NCBI GenBank assembly: GCA_963675665.1
Contig: OY776510.1
Span: 2,304,001 to 2,368,000 of the forward strand
Reading direction: 5' to 3'
Origin: Spirochaetia bacterium
Lineage (GTDB): Bacteria > Spirochaetota > Spirochaetia > UBA9216
Length of the DNA: 64,000 bases
This document shows positions 18,960-29,790 of this stretch, piece by piece; position 1 is the first letter of the stretch, and each line of letters starts with the position of its first letter. The position numbers and the translations under genes are program-made. The notes below the pieces were generated by a model that ran no database searches, was not told where the DNA came from, and saw only the letters and a list, made by a program, of their open reading frames with translations.

Positions 18960-20206
18960 CAAAAGGTTTGGAGCGAAAAAGATCGGATAAAAAATCTATT
19001 GTAACAATTATCAAGTCGAAAACCTTGTCCTATAGTAATACTGATTTTTACTTTATGGTTAATGAGGCAATTGAAAATCTTGAAGCCAACGGGGTTAAAA
19101 TACCTTCCGCCGGCACGGTATTCATTAAGCCGAACCTGATCCTGAGCGCAACTGCAAAAGAGAGTATCACAACAGAACCCCGGTTTGTGTCAGCTTTGGT
19201 TTCCATATTAAAAGAGCGTGGAGTTGCTACTGTCTATGTCGGAGATTCTTCTGCCGGTTTCGCAGAAAGCAGCGAGGCTCTTGAGGCTACCGGAATGGGT
19301 AGAGCGGTTAAAGCCGCCGGTGCTGAACTTGTAAACATAGATGATCCTTCCGAGCGAAGAAATGTGCAGATGCCTGACAGCGATATTATGGCTGAAATAT
19401 CACTTCCGGTGAAAATGCTGGAAGCTGATGCAATTATAAATTTTGCAAAGCTTAAAACACACCGTTTTGGAGCTATGACCGGATCCACTAAGAACTGGGT
19501 AGGTTTGATTGATCAAAAAACCAGGCTGAAATACCATCAGGGGCAGCTGCCGAAGCTGGTGTCTGAAATTCATGGAATATTACCTGAAAGTATCTGTTTT
19601 ACTGATGGGGTTGTTATTGGAGAGGGTGATGGCCCGGATTTATCTGTTCCCCGGTTTCTGGGTGTACTTTTAGCATCAAATGATCCGGTGGCAAATGATT
19701 CCATTTCTTCGGAACTTTTATCCATTGATAAGAATGAACTGATTTTCCCATGGACTGCATATCTTGATGGTCATGGAGAGATCCTGAGAAACAATATCAC
19801 TCTTATAGGGCCTGATATTCAGGATATTGCGATCAAGGTTGAAAAACCGGTAGAAGTTCTTTATAACCGATTTCCATGTAATATGATAATCGGCGGAATG
19901 TGTCCGGGCTGTTTTGTCTGGTTTATCGGGCCGGCTCTTTTTTGGGAAAAGGAAGGGCTTTGGGAAAAGATAAACGAGAAAAAAGGCAGACCAACCTTTA
20001 TGCTCGGTTTTAATGCGGAAGATGTCCATTTTGAAAAACATCTGAAGGAAGGTCCATATTTTGTAATCGGTGATTGTACGAAAGAAAAATATCGTAACCA
20101 TCCCGAGACAGTTCATATTCCGGGGTGTACACCGGGTCCCGCTATCCCTGATATAGTGCTCAAGCATTGCGGAGAGCATTTGGCAATATGGGGGGATGAT
20201 GAATAA
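18956..20206 (+). CDS. DUF362 domain protein with Cys-rich C-terminal extension
   Basis: VFIKPNL, TEP, AKLKTH, KNWVG, GEGDGP, DPVAND; C-terminal CPGC, GDC, GCTP. Confidence 0.8.
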   Translation: MTKGLERKRSDKKSIVTIIKSKTLSYSNTDFYFMVNEAIENLEANGVKIPSAGTVFIKPNLILSATAKESITTEPRFVSALVSILKERGVATVYVGDSSAGFAESSEALEATGMGRAVKAAGAELVNIDDPSERRNVQMPDSDIMAEISLPVKMLEADAIINFAKLKTHRFGAMTGSTKNWVGLIDQKTRLKYHQGQLPKLVSEIHGILPESICFTDGVVIGEGDGPDLSVPRFLGVLLASNDPVANDSISSELLSIDKNELIFPWTAYLDGHGEILRNNITLIGPDIQDIAIKVEKPVEVLYNRFPCNMIIGGMCPGCFVWFIGPALFWEKEGLWEKINEKKGRPTFMLGFNAEDVHFEKHLKEGPYFVIGDCTKEKYRNHPETVHIPGCTPGPAIPDIVLKHCGEHLAIWGDDE

Positions 20207-20846
20207 AAAGATAATTGATTTAAGTTATCCTGTTACGGATTCAATGCTTGTATATCCCAATACCGAGCGACCTTCTTTCTCCTGGAAGGCAAGGGTTAAT
20301 TCGGAAGGTTATAATTTAACAAGGATAACAATGTTGGTTCATACAGGAACACATGTTGATTCGCCTCTCCATTTTCTTGCGGACGGAAAACCAGTTGATG
20401 AGATGTCTTTGAAATATTTTTATGGTGAAACTATTATTTTCAGGCTTAAAAAAAATATTTACGGGCAGGAATTCGGCGCTGAGGAATTGGAGCCTTCGCT
20501 TGACGAGTTAAAAGAGGGTGAGATTTTTGTTGTAGAAACCGGAATAGGGCATTATGCAGAGACTGCGGATTATAACCGCCTTTATCCGTGGCCTTCGAAG
20601 AATCTTGTAAATCTTCTTGTAAGAAAAAAAATATGTTCATATATGACAGATGCAACGGCAGTTGACCCTGTTGGTTCTCCCGACAACGGCATTCATAAGG
20701 CCCTGTTTAAAGCCGGAATTCCTATTGTTGAGAATCTGGCTAATCTGGATAAAATTCCCGCTGGAAAGAGATGGATTATAAGTGCATTACCGTTGAAACT
20801 GTCCGGCCGGGAAGGTTCTCCTTGCAGGGCCGTGGCAATTCTTTAG
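20199..20846 (+). CDS. Cyclase family hydrolase (second copy)
   Basis: HTGTHVDSPLHF, IVENL, EGSPCRAVA. Confidence 0.9.
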   Translation: MNKKIIDLSYPVTDSMLVYPNTERPSFSWKARVNSEGYNLTRITMLVHTGTHVDSPLHFLADGKPVDEMSLKYFYGETIIFRLKKNIYGQEFGAEELEPSLDELKEGEIFVVETGIGHYAETADYNRLYPWPSKNLVNLLVRKKICSYMTDATAVDPVGSPDNGIHKALFKAGIPIVENLANLDKIPAGKRWIISALPLKLSGREGSPCRAVAIL

Positions 20847-20893
20847 CGCATTAAACGGCTGTTTGCCGGATTAAGTTTTTATGGAGGTTTAAA

Positions 20894-21925
20894 ATGATTA
20901 AACGAATGTTTTTGGTACTTTTGGTACTGATGGTTGGGATTGGATTCTCTGCGTTTGCCGAAGGGCAGCAGGAATCTTCAGCTGGAAGCGGAGACGGCTA
21001 TGTTATCGGCCTGAGTAATTACAGCCTCGGTAATTCATGGCGGGTTCAGATGATGGAAGAAGCTCGCTTTGAAGCTGACAATAATCCAATGGTTAAGCAG
21101 CTTATTACTACTGAGGCAAACGGCGATACCGCAAAGCAGATAGCTGATATTGAAGACCTTATCGCACGCGGTGTAGATGCTATTTGCATAACCGCATCAA
21201 ACCCGAAAGCCCTTATCCCGGTAGTTGATAAGGCAATGGCGGCCGGCATTGTAGTTGTTGACTTCGACAATGTTGTTGATACGGATAATATTACCTCGCA
21301 TGTTATTGTAGATCAAATTGATTTTGGTCGTGTTCAGGCTGAATGGCTTGTTGAAGCAATGGGCGGCAAGGGTAATGTAGTAGCTTTTAACGGAATCAAG
21401 GGTACTTCGGTATCAGCAGGAAGATATGCCGGCGCAATGTCTGTGCTTGATCAGTATCCGGAGATTGAAATAATCAATGTTGTTTATGCCGACTGGGATT
21501 TTGCCAAGGCAAAAAGAGCAATGGAGAATATAATAGCTTCAAACGCGCAGGTCGACGGTGTTTGGTCGCAGGGCGGCGCAATGAGTGAGGCCGTAGTAAA
21601 AGCCTATAATGAAAGAGGATTGGATATACCGCCTGTTACCGGTGAAGATGGAAACGGGTTCCTGAAGGTATGGAAAAAGCTTAAGGACGGCGGCAGCAGT
21701 TTTGATTCAATAGCTACTTCAATGCCGACATGGATAAGCAAAAAAGCTATGCAGGTTGCAATTGATGCTCTTGACGGCAAAGCTGTTGCAAAAGAAATTA
21801 CTCTTCCGATTCCTACTATAAATGCAGCGGAACTGGATGACTATGTACGGACCAGCCTTTCCGACGCATTCTGGTGTAATTCTCAATTACCCGATGAGCG
21901 TGTAAAGGCTCTTTTCGAGAATTAA
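20894..21925 (+). CDS. Sugar ABC transporter substrate-binding protein (RbsB-like)
   Basis: Signal peptide; GNSWRVQM, QIADIEDLIARGVDAI. Confidence 0.92.
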   Translation: MIKRMFLVLLVLMVGIGFSAFAEGQQESSAGSGDGYVIGLSNYSLGNSWRVQMMEEARFEADNNPMVKQLITTEANGDTAKQIADIEDLIARGVDAICITASNPKALIPVVDKAMAAGIVVVDFDNVVDTDNITSHVIVDQIDFGRVQAEWLVEAMGGKGNVVAFNGIKGTSVSAGRYAGAMSVLDQYPEIEIINVVYADWDFAKAKRAMENIIASNAQVDGVWSQGGAMSEAVVKAYNERGLDIPPVTGEDGNGFLKVWKKLKDGGSSFDSIATSMPTWISKKAMQVAIDALDGKAVAKEITLPIPTINAAELDDYVRTSLSDAFWCNSQLPDERVKALFEN

Positions 21926-21980
21926 AAGTAGTGGAATATGTTCCCGGATTATACCGGGAACAATATTTTTATCTTAAAGG

Positions 21981-23513
21981 ATGACAGACCAGATGCATAA
22001 AACAGATATTCTGTTGGAAATGAAAAATATTACTAAAAGTTTTCCCGGCACCTTAGCTGTTGATTCTGTAGGTTTCGATTGCAGGTCCGGAGAGGTTCAT
22101 TGTCTGGTAGGAGAAAACGGCGCCGGCAAGAGTACCCTTATGAAGATGCTGGCAGGTATTCATCAGCCTGATTCGGGTACGATTTTTATAGATGGAGCAA
22201 AATGTATTCTGCGTAATAATGCTGAAGCCCGTAAAAACGGTATAGGAGTGGTATACCAGGAGTTGTCACTTCTGCCGGACTGTTCGGTAGCAGAGAATAT
22301 ATCGATGGGAATGTGGCCCAGGAGGGGCATTCGAATCGATTGGCAGAAAATAAATAAAATCGCTGAAGATGTCCTTTCCGGTGTAAACCTTAGAATTAAA
22401 CCCGATGAACTTATAAGCGGTCTTCCGATGGCTGTGCGGCAAATGGTTGAAATTGGAAAGGTCCTGTCTCAGCAGCCCAAACTGATAATTTTTGACGAGC
22501 CCACAGCGTCACTTTCAAAAGAGGAAGTCAAAATTCTATTCGGGATAATCAGGAAACTTAGGGATGAGGGCAAGGGTATAATATATATATCACACCGGCT
22601 TGAAGAGGTTTTTGAGCTTGCTGATCGTGTAACAGTCATGAAAGACGGTAAAAAAGTGGTTACAGATAATATTTCAGCTTTTGATGAAAATAAATTGATC
22701 TCAAAGATGGTAGGAAGAGATCTGAAAGAAGTTTTTCCGCCAAAAGCTGAAAAAAGTAATGATAAAAAAATATTTTCAATGTCGGTCAAATACTTGCCTG
22801 AATCAAAACCTGTTTCGCTTTCGGTAAATGAAGGGGAGGTCCTTGGGATTGGGGGACTGCAGGGACAGGGGCAGATTAAACTGTTGCAGTCAATTTTCGG
22901 GCTTGAGGCGGTTGATGAACTTTCTGTTATGATTCATGGCCGTAAGTTGAACGTCAGAAACCAGGCTGATGCCGTTCGATTAAAAATTGCATTAGTACCG
23001 GAAAACCGAGGTGAAGAGGGGGTATTCTCCGGAGCTTCCGTTTATGAGAATCTGGCTGCTGCAACTTTGGACATGCGCAAGAAAGCAGGTTTTATTAAGA
23101 AAAAACAAGAGAAGTCTGATGTAGACAGAATGGTGAAAGAGCTTGCTGTGAAGATCAGCAGTGACTTGCAACCGGCTGATTCGCTATCCGGCGGTAATAT
23201 GCAGAAACTGGTTATCGGTAAATGGCTTCTCGCTGATCCGGATGTAATTATTCTTTTGGAACCGACCAGGGGAGTAGATGTAGGAACCAAACAGCAGATC
23301 TACAGGATTATAAGGAAACTTGCAGATGAAAAAGCTGCAGTAATTATTTATACAAGCGACATGCTTGAATTGATTGGCGTAAGCGACAGGGTTATGGTGA
23401 TGAACCATAATTGTTTTACGGCAGAACTGCAGGGTGATGAGATTACAGAAGAGAATATCATGAAAGGAGCAGTTGCTGCTTTTGATATTAATGGAAATGA
23501 GGTTAGAGAATGA
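21981..23513 (+). CDS. Sugar ABC transporter ATP-binding protein (CUT2, tandem NBD)
   Basis: GENGAGKSTL, DEPT, LSGGNMQK. Confidence 0.95.
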   Translation: MTDQMHKTDILLEMKNITKSFPGTLAVDSVGFDCRSGEVHCLVGENGAGKSTLMKMLAGIHQPDSGTIFIDGAKCILRNNAEARKNGIGVVYQELSLLPDCSVAENISMGMWPRRGIRIDWQKINKIAEDVLSGVNLRIKPDELISGLPMAVRQMVEIGKVLSQQPKLIIFDEPTASLSKEEVKILFGIIRKLRDEGKGIIYISHRLEEVFELADRVTVMKDGKKVVTDNISAFDENKLISKMVGRDLKEVFPPKAEKSNDKKIFSMSVKYLPESKPVSLSVNEGEVLGIGGLQGQGQIKLLQSIFGLEAVDELSVMIHGRKLNVRNQADAVRLKIALVPENRGEEGVFSGASVYENLAAATLDMRKKAGFIKKKQEKSDVDRMVKELAVKISSDLQPADSLSGGNMQKLVIGKWLLADPDVIILLEPTRGVDVGTKQQIYRIIRKLADEKAAVIIYTSDMLELIGVSDRVMVMNHNCFTAELQGDEITEENIMKGAVAAFDINGNEVRE

Positions 23514-24508
23514 GAGTACAGCAACGCGACAGAATGATGTATGTCCCCGTATATGTAATTGCGGTACTTATTTATATTACAGCATGTATATTACAGCCAA
23601 GGTTTTTGACCTGGGCCAATAATGTAAACCTCTTAACTCGGATTACCCCGCTTTTACTTGCCGGTATTGCACAGATGTTTGTGCTTCTGACAGGCGGGAT
23701 TGATTTATCAGTTGGGGCTATAATAGGTTTTACAAATGTAATAGCCGCAAGTTTGCCTTTTGTAGATACGCCGGCGAATATTATACTTTGGGCAATCATT
23801 CCAGTTATTGCCGGCCTTCTGATAGGGTTATCAAACGGTTTTATAATTGCACATTGGGGGTTTCCTCCGTTTATAGTGACACTTGCTACAAGCACAATAT
23901 GGACCGGTGCTACGCTGTTTATTATGGATGTTCCGGGCGGTGAAATTTCGACGGCAGTTTACCGATCGCTCACAGGAAAGTTATTCGGTGTTGTCCCGAT
24001 GCCGCTTCTGATAATAATAACAGTGCTCTTTTTAACCGGGTTTATTTTAAAGAAAACTGTTTTTGGTCGTTCGGTTTATGCAATCGGAGGTAATAAGCAA
24101 ATTGCTGTTGAATCCGGAATTAACGCAAATAGAATCGAAATATCGGTATATGGAGTCAGCGGGATGTACTCTGCTCTTGCGGGTATGTTTTTATCGGCAA
24201 TGATGATATCCGCCGATCCGCTGGTTGGCGAACCTTATGTAATGAACTCCATTGCAGTTGCCGTTATCGGCGGGGTAGCTCTGTCCGGTGGACGCGGAGG
24301 GGTTACAGGGATCCTCGGAGCGGCATATATCTTCTATTTAATAGATAATATTTTAAACCTGGTAGGGGTGTCAACATTTTACCAGTATGTTGCCAAGGGG
24401 CTGGTGATTATAATTGCTCTGACAATAACATCATTGAATAGTGAAGATAATACGAACCGGAACTTGTTCTCCGGAATAAAGAATGCACTTCGACTGGGGG
24501 GCAGATAA
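23510..24508 (+). CDS. Sugar ABC permease (RbsC-like)
   Basis: GGIDLSVG, FGRSVYAIGGN, AVIGG. Confidence 0.93.
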   Translation: MRVQQRDRMMYVPVYVIAVLIYITACILQPRFLTWANNVNLLTRITPLLLAGIAQMFVLLTGGIDLSVGAIIGFTNVIAASLPFVDTPANIILWAIIPVIAGLLIGLSNGFIIAHWGFPPFIVTLATSTIWTGATLFIMDVPGGEISTAVYRSLTGKLFGVVPMPLLIIITVLFLTGFILKKTVFGRSVYAIGGNKQIAVESGINANRIEISVYGVSGMYSALAGMFLSAMMISADPLVGEPYVMNSIAVAVIGGVALSGGRGGVTGILGAAYIFYLIDNILNLVGVSTFYQYVAKGLVIIIALTITSLNSEDNTNRNLFSGIKNALRLGGR

Positions 24509-24509
24509 T

Positions 24510-25481
24510 ATGGTCAATACACTGCAGCAGAACAGTCTCCTCGAGGTACTGAAAAGAAATAAAATTATTGTCTTGCTTTTAGCAGTTATTATCGGAATGT
24601 TTGTAATTGGAGAATTTCTGTCGGCCGGTTTCGCTTCTTTTGGACATATAAAAGATATTCTAAGAACCGCTTCTTTTGTAGGTATTTGTGCAATAGGTCA
24701 GACGCTTGTTATTCTTACCGGTGGAATAGATTTGACTATCGGTTCGTTGATTACAATGGGTCAGATATACGGTTGTATGTTTGTGAACGGATATGATGCA
24801 AATACCGGATGGGCGTTTCTTCTTGTTCTGTTGATGGGCGCAGGATTCGGGTTGTTAAACGGTGCAGGTATTTCATTTGTCAGGATTTCTCCACTTGTAA
24901 TGACGCTGGCTACGAGTTCACTGGTAAACGGGGTTATGCTGATCTCCATAAACGGCGCGCCGCGCGGCGTTGCGTCTCCGATTCTGGAGCATATCGGTGC
25001 AAGAACAACAGCCGGTTTGCCGTCTATCTTATGGGTATGGATAATTATGTCTGCCATAACCCTGATCTTTTTACGTAAGACGGTAGTCGGCAGGAAAATA
25101 TATCACCTGGGAATGAATCCGACAGCTGCAAAGTTTACCGGAATTAAAATTAGGGGATTGAGAACCCTTGTTTACTGTATCAGCGGAGTCTTGTCTACGC
25201 TAACAGGGTTTTTACTTGCCGGCAACACGTCCAGGGCATTTCTGGAATCGGGAACAGAGTACACAATGTGGTCCATTACGGCAGTCGTTATCGGCGGTAC
25301 AGCTATGACCGGCGGGAAAGGCGGTTATCTTGGAACTGCGGCCGGGGCAGTAATTATAATAATGCTGGAAGGTATTTTAACGGTGGTTAAAATGCCCGAG
25401 GCCGGAAGAAAAATGGCAAACGGAATAATTGTTCTTATAATGATTATGATTTACTACAGAAAGAAAAAGAACGGTAAATAG
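24510..25481 (+). CDS. Sugar ABC permease (RbsC-like)
   Basis: GGIDLTIG, AVVIGGTAMTGGKG. Confidence 0.93.
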   Translation: MVNTLQQNSLLEVLKRNKIIVLLLAVIIGMFVIGEFLSAGFASFGHIKDILRTASFVGICAIGQTLVILTGGIDLTIGSLITMGQIYGCMFVNGYDANTGWAFLLVLLMGAGFGLLNGAGISFVRISPLVMTLATSSLVNGVMLISINGAPRGVASPILEHIGARTTAGLPSILWVWIIMSAITLIFLRKTVVGRKIYHLGMNPTAAKFTGIKIRGLRTLVYCISGVLSTLTGFLLAGNTSRAFLESGTEYTMWSITAVVIGGTAMTGGKGGYLGTAAGAVIIIMLEGILTVVKMPEAGRKMANGIIVLIMIMIYYRKKKNGK

Positions 25482-25489
25482 GAGACAGT

Positions 25490-26518
25490 ATGTATTTAGC
25501 ATCAATCGACTGCGGAACTACCAATTCAAGAGTTTATATAATAGATAAGGATGAAAGGATTGTAGGGAAGGGAGTCAGAAAGGTCGGTGTTCGTGATACC
25601 TCAATGACAGGAAGCAAGGATACTTTGAAAAATGGACTTAAAGATGCTTTTCATGAGGCAGTTGGAAATGCAGGACTGAAAGTAGAAGATATAAGTTTTG
25701 CAGTATCGGCAGGAATGATCACATCTGAGATTGGCCTGATTGAGATACCGCATCTCTGGGTGCCCGCCGGACCTGAAGAACTGGCTGCCGGATTAAAAAA
25801 AGTCCACGATCTTAATATTTTTCCTGTGGATATTCCCATATATTTCATTCCGGGAATAAAAAATAAATTTGATCCGGAGAATACAAAACCGGAGCAAGTC
25901 GGAATGCTTGATTTTATGAGAGGTGAAGAGGCTCAGGTTGCGGGAATACTTGCCGGTTTTGGAATTGAATTGCCTTTTACGATGGTTATTCTTTCTTCTC
26001 ATACAAAGTTTATATCTTTAAGTAAGGAAGGAAAGGTCCTCAGCAGCTTAACAACTCTTTCCGGACAAGTGTATGAAGCAATCAAGAAAGAAACATTTCT
26101 GGGAAAATCAATCGAAGCTCCGGAAGGTGAGAATGAGCCCGACGGTTATTTTGATACCGGTGTTATAGATTATGGTTTTAAATGGATTGAAAGCGGAGGA
26201 TTTCTGAGATCTCTTTTAATGACACGTTTTCTTGATGTTCTGCTTAAAACAAAATGGTATGAACGAAAGTTGTTTGTTGAGTCTCTCATTGCTTCAGAGG
26301 ACATGCACTCTCTTAATCAGTTTGACGAGATGGGTCTTCCGAAGGATTCAAACATTGTGCTCGTCGGGCATGAAGGCCGCTGCAGGATCTATGAACATAT
26401 ATTGAAAAATAAAATGAACTGGAACGGCGGAGTCCGGTCAATAACAAATGTGGACGACATCGATATGCTTAATATAAAGGGATCTATCGATATTCTGAAA
26501 AGAGCGGGTGTACTGTAA
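25490..26518 (+). CDS. dgoK: 2-dehydro-3-deoxygalactonokinase-like sugar-acid kinase
   Basis: IDCGTTNSR, AGMITS, DFMRGEE, SHTKF. Confidence 0.8.
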   Translation: MYLASIDCGTTNSRVYIIDKDERIVGKGVRKVGVRDTSMTGSKDTLKNGLKDAFHEAVGNAGLKVEDISFAVSAGMITSEIGLIEIPHLWVPAGPEELAAGLKKVHDLNIFPVDIPIYFIPGIKNKFDPENTKPEQVGMLDFMRGEEAQVAGILAGFGIELPFTMVILSSHTKFISLSKEGKVLSSLTTLSGQVYEAIKKETFLGKSIEAPEGENEPDGYFDTGVIDYGFKWIESGGFLRSLLMTRFLDVLLKTKWYERKLFVESLIASEDMHSLNQFDEMGLPKDSNIVLVGHEGRCRIYEHILKNKMNWNGGVRSITNVDDIDMLNIKGSIDILKRAGVL

Positions 26519-27495
26519 TGTCTTTTAAAGTTGTTTTTACTGATTACTATTATCCTGATAATGCACAGGAAGTTGAGATTCTTAAACAGATTGAGGATAT
26601 TGAGATTATTGATTTAACAAAGCTGAAACCCGGAGGTGTTATTGAACCTGATGAAATTATACCTTATGTGAAAGATGCTGATGCTGTGATTGTTCAGTTC
26701 GGAAAGATTAATGAAGAAGTTATTGCAGCGATGGAAAAATGTAAAATTATTGCACGTTATGCAATCGGTGTTGACGTAGTGGATCTGAACGCTGCAAAAC
26801 AGAAGGGCATAGCAGTTGCAAATGTACCAGATTATTGTATTGAGGAAGTATCGGATACTGCGGTTGCCCATATTATGAACTGTTTAAGGGCGATAACAAG
26901 GGCTAATTATCTTATTCATGAAAACATTTGGGAATATAACAAAATTAAACCGTTGAAAAGGTTTTCGGAGTGTACAGTCGGGTTGCTCGCTTTTGGTAAT
27001 ATCGGACGACGTACAGCTGAAAAACTGCGTGCATTCAATTGCAGGATACTGACCTTCGATCCGGGATTTGCTGAGCAGAATGCCTGGGACTGGGTTGAAT
27101 TTGTTTCATTTGAAGAACTCCTTCAGCAGTCGGAGGTCTTGTCGGTGCATGCTCCGTTAAACGATAAAACACATCATATACTTAACGAAAAGGCTTTTGC
27201 TTTAATGCAGGATGGAGTGTCCATAGTTAATACTTCGCGTGGAGGTATAATAAATGAGGAGGCTTTATTGAAAGCTATTAAATCAGGAAAAGTGAGAAAT
27301 GCCAGCCTTGATGTGCTTGATATGCAGGATTCAGATTACAATGTTTCAGAACTGCTGAAGTTTCCGACGCAAGTAACCATTACGCCGCATCTTGGCTGGT
27401 ATTCTGAGACATCGATTGCCGAGCTGAGGCGGAAAGTCGGTGAGAATGTATACAGCATGCTTAAGGAAGGTAAGCCTGTTTATCAGGTGGTGTAG
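26518..27495 (+). CDS. D-2-hydroxyacid dehydrogenase family (CtBP-like)
   Basis: NVPDYCIEEV, AFGNIG, NTSRG, TPHLGWYS. Confidence 0.9.
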   Translation: MSFKVVFTDYYYPDNAQEVEILKQIEDIEIIDLTKLKPGGVIEPDEIIPYVKDADAVIVQFGKINEEVIAAMEKCKIIARYAIGVDVVDLNAAKQKGIAVANVPDYCIEEVSDTAVAHIMNCLRAITRANYLIHENIWEYNKIKPLKRFSECTVGLLAFGNIGRRTAEKLRAFNCRILTFDPGFAEQNAWDWVEFVSFEELLQQSEVLSVHAPLNDKTHHILNEKAFALMQDGVSIVNTSRGGIINEEALLKAIKSGKVRNASLDVLDMQDSDYNVSELLKFPTQVTITPHLGWYSETSIAELRRKVGENVYSMLKEGKPVYQVV

Positions 27496-27572
27496 TCTTA
27501 CAGCTTTATTATAGACAGAAAATTATAATTTAATTACTCGAAAATAAATATTTACATGCTAAGGAGAGAAAT

Positions 27573-28454
27573 ATGTTCAAAATGAAAGGGGTTACCCCTC
27601 CAATGATCACACCTTTTAAAGAAAATGGAGAGCTTGATGTAGAGAACCTAAAAACCCTCGTTACTTATCTTAAAAAAGAAGTTAACGGGTTATTTATTAC
27701 CGGTTCATACGGAGCCGGTCCAATGATGAATCTTTCGGAAAGGAAGCAGGTCGTAGAAACTACTATGTCTATTACTAAAGGAGACATACCAGTAATACCG
27801 ATGGTGGGAACAACGAATAATATTGAATCAATTGAACTTGCAAAACATGCGGAATCAGCCGGAGTAGATGCTGTAGCAGCAGTCGGTCCGTTTTACTTTT
27901 CACATAAAGAAGATGATCTTATTGATTTTTATACTGATCTGATTGAATCGGTAAAAATACCGGTTTATTTGTATAACAATCCGGGGTTTCAGGGTTATGA
28001 GATTGGACTTGAAACACTTAAAAAGCTTAAATCACGCGGACTTGCAGGAGTTAAGGATGCAACATTCGATATTCTTGTTCATGCGACATACCACAGGGTT
28101 CTTAAAGATGAGAATTTCGATGTAGCGCTAGGAACTGAGGCAATGTTTGCTTCCGCCAGGGTTCTCGGCTGTGAAGCATTTATTCCTGGTCTTGCAAATG
28201 CGTTTCCTGAAATTAATATGAAAATGTTCGAAGAGGGTATGAAATGGGACATGGCGGCATGTGCTGAAACCCAGTTCAAGATAAATGAATTGCGGGATGT
28301 AATGTATCTTGCACGTTCAACTCAACTTGCAGTTTACGCAATGCTTGAAATCAGGGGCATTATAAAATCATTTCCCCGCAAGCCTTTTGTTCCGGCATCA
28401 GCCGCGGAAATCGGGGCGATAAAAAAAGAATTAATACGGTTGAAAATGATTTGA
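27573..28454 (+). CDS. DHDPS/NAL family aldolase or dehydratase
   Basis: ITPF, GSYG, YLYNNP, GVKDA (Schiff-base Lys). Confidence 0.88.
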   Translation: MFKMKGVTPPMITPFKENGELDVENLKTLVTYLKKEVNGLFITGSYGAGPMMNLSERKQVVETTMSITKGDIPVIPMVGTTNNIESIELAKHAESAGVDAVAAVGPFYFSHKEDDLIDFYTDLIESVKIPVYLYNNPGFQGYEIGLETLKKLKSRGLAGVKDATFDILVHATYHRVLKDENFDVALGTEAMFASARVLGCEAFIPGLANAFPEINMKMFEEGMKWDMAACAETQFKINELRDVMYLARSTQLAVYAMLEIRGIIKSFPRKPFVPASAAEIGAIKKELIRLKMI

Positions 28455-28506
28455 AAACAACGGAAAAGGGGGGCGGATGCCCCTCTGTTGTCCAGTGGAG
28501 TTTGAA

Positions 28507-29790
28507 ATGGTTTATGAACTTGTTTTCCATGATGACGGTATAGCGTCAGTTTTGGTTCCTTCAGAAAACATTATAAATATTATTGAACCAAATGATGTCA
28601 TGATCGATTGCCGTCCAGCTGAACAACTTGTTGTGGAATGTCTTGAGAATCCGATTGGAATGGGCAGACTTAGTGAAGAGCTTAAAGGAAATGAAAAAGT
28701 TCTTATACTTGTTGATGATTATACACGGCTTACGCCGACTGATGTAATTCTGCCGGTAATGATTAAGGAAATAATATCAACAGGAGTGCCTCTGAAAAAT
28801 ATTGAGCTTCTGATCGCTTCAGGTACCCATCGTGCAATGAATGAGAATGAGAAAATAAAGAAATACGGTCGATGGGTAATGGAGAATGTAAAGGTTCGGG
28901 ATCACCTCTGGTACGAAAAGAATCAATTGACTGAAATAGGCAGAACCGATAACGGCACAGACGTTGTGATAAATAGCAGGCTGTTGGAAGCGGATTTTAT
29001 AATAGGTATAGGTCATATTGTCCCTCATCGGGTTGCAGGTTTTTCAGGCGGCGCAAAAATTGTTCAGCCGGGCGTCTGTGGGGCCGTAACGACCGGACAG
29101 ACCCACTGGCTGAGTGCGAAAGATTATGTAGGCAGGGATATAATGGGTAAAATTGATAATCCTGTCAGGGATGAAATAAATCAGGTGGGCATTGAAGCCG
29201 GTCTGAAGTTTATTTTTAATACTGTTCAGGCAGGAAACGGGAAAGTATATGCCTGTGTTTGCGGTGAGCCGGTAAAAGCTTATAGGGCCGGGTGCCGGGC
29301 TGCAAAGGATGTTTACGGTTGTGAGATTAAAGAGCTGGCGGATATCGTGATTTCTGATGCTTACCCGTCTAATATGAATATGTGGCAGTCTGCTAAAGGT
29401 GTATATTCAGGAGATCTGGCTCTTAAAGACGACGGTATTCTTATACTTGTTTCACCATGCAAGGAGGGGATAGCGGTGGAGCATCCCGAAGTAGGCGAAC
29501 TAGGTTACTCGCATCCCCGGAAGATTGCGAAAATGGTTGAATCAGGAGAATTTAATGATTTAACTGTTGCTGCCCACATCCTTCATGTTGGAAGGGTTAT
29601 TACAGGCAAACGGAAAGCGATTATTGTTTCAGACGGTATAAACAGGGAAGATTCTGAGCGGATAGGATTTATTAAAGCTGATACTGTAAAAGAAGCTCTG
29701 GATACAGCAATAAAATTAAAAGGCAGTAATGCTTCAATCACAATAATAAAACATGGCGGTGAAGTTATGCCTGTATACAGGAGCAAATAA
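28507..29790 (+). CDS. LarA-family nickel-pincer 2-hydroxyacid racemase/epimerase
   Basis: DDYTRLTP, ASGTHR, PHRVAGFSGGAK, QSAKG motifs. Confidence 0.88.
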   Translation: MVYELVFHDDGIASVLVPSENIINIIEPNDVMIDCRPAEQLVVECLENPIGMGRLSEELKGNEKVLILVDDYTRLTPTDVILPVMIKEIISTGVPLKNIELLIASGTHRAMNENEKIKKYGRWVMENVKVRDHLWYEKNQLTEIGRTDNGTDVVINSRLLEADFIIGIGHIVPHRVAGFSGGAKIVQPGVCGAVTTGQTHWLSAKDYVGRDIMGKIDNPVRDEINQVGIEAGLKFIFNTVQAGNGKVYACVCGEPVKAYRAGCRAAKDVYGCEIKELADIVISDAYPSNMNMWQSAKGVYSGDLALKDDGILILVSPCKEGIAVEHPEVGELGYSHPRKIAKMVESGEFNDLTVAAHILHVGRVITGKRKAIIVSDGINREDSERIGFIKADTVKEALDTAIKLKGSNASITIIKHGGEVMPVYRSK

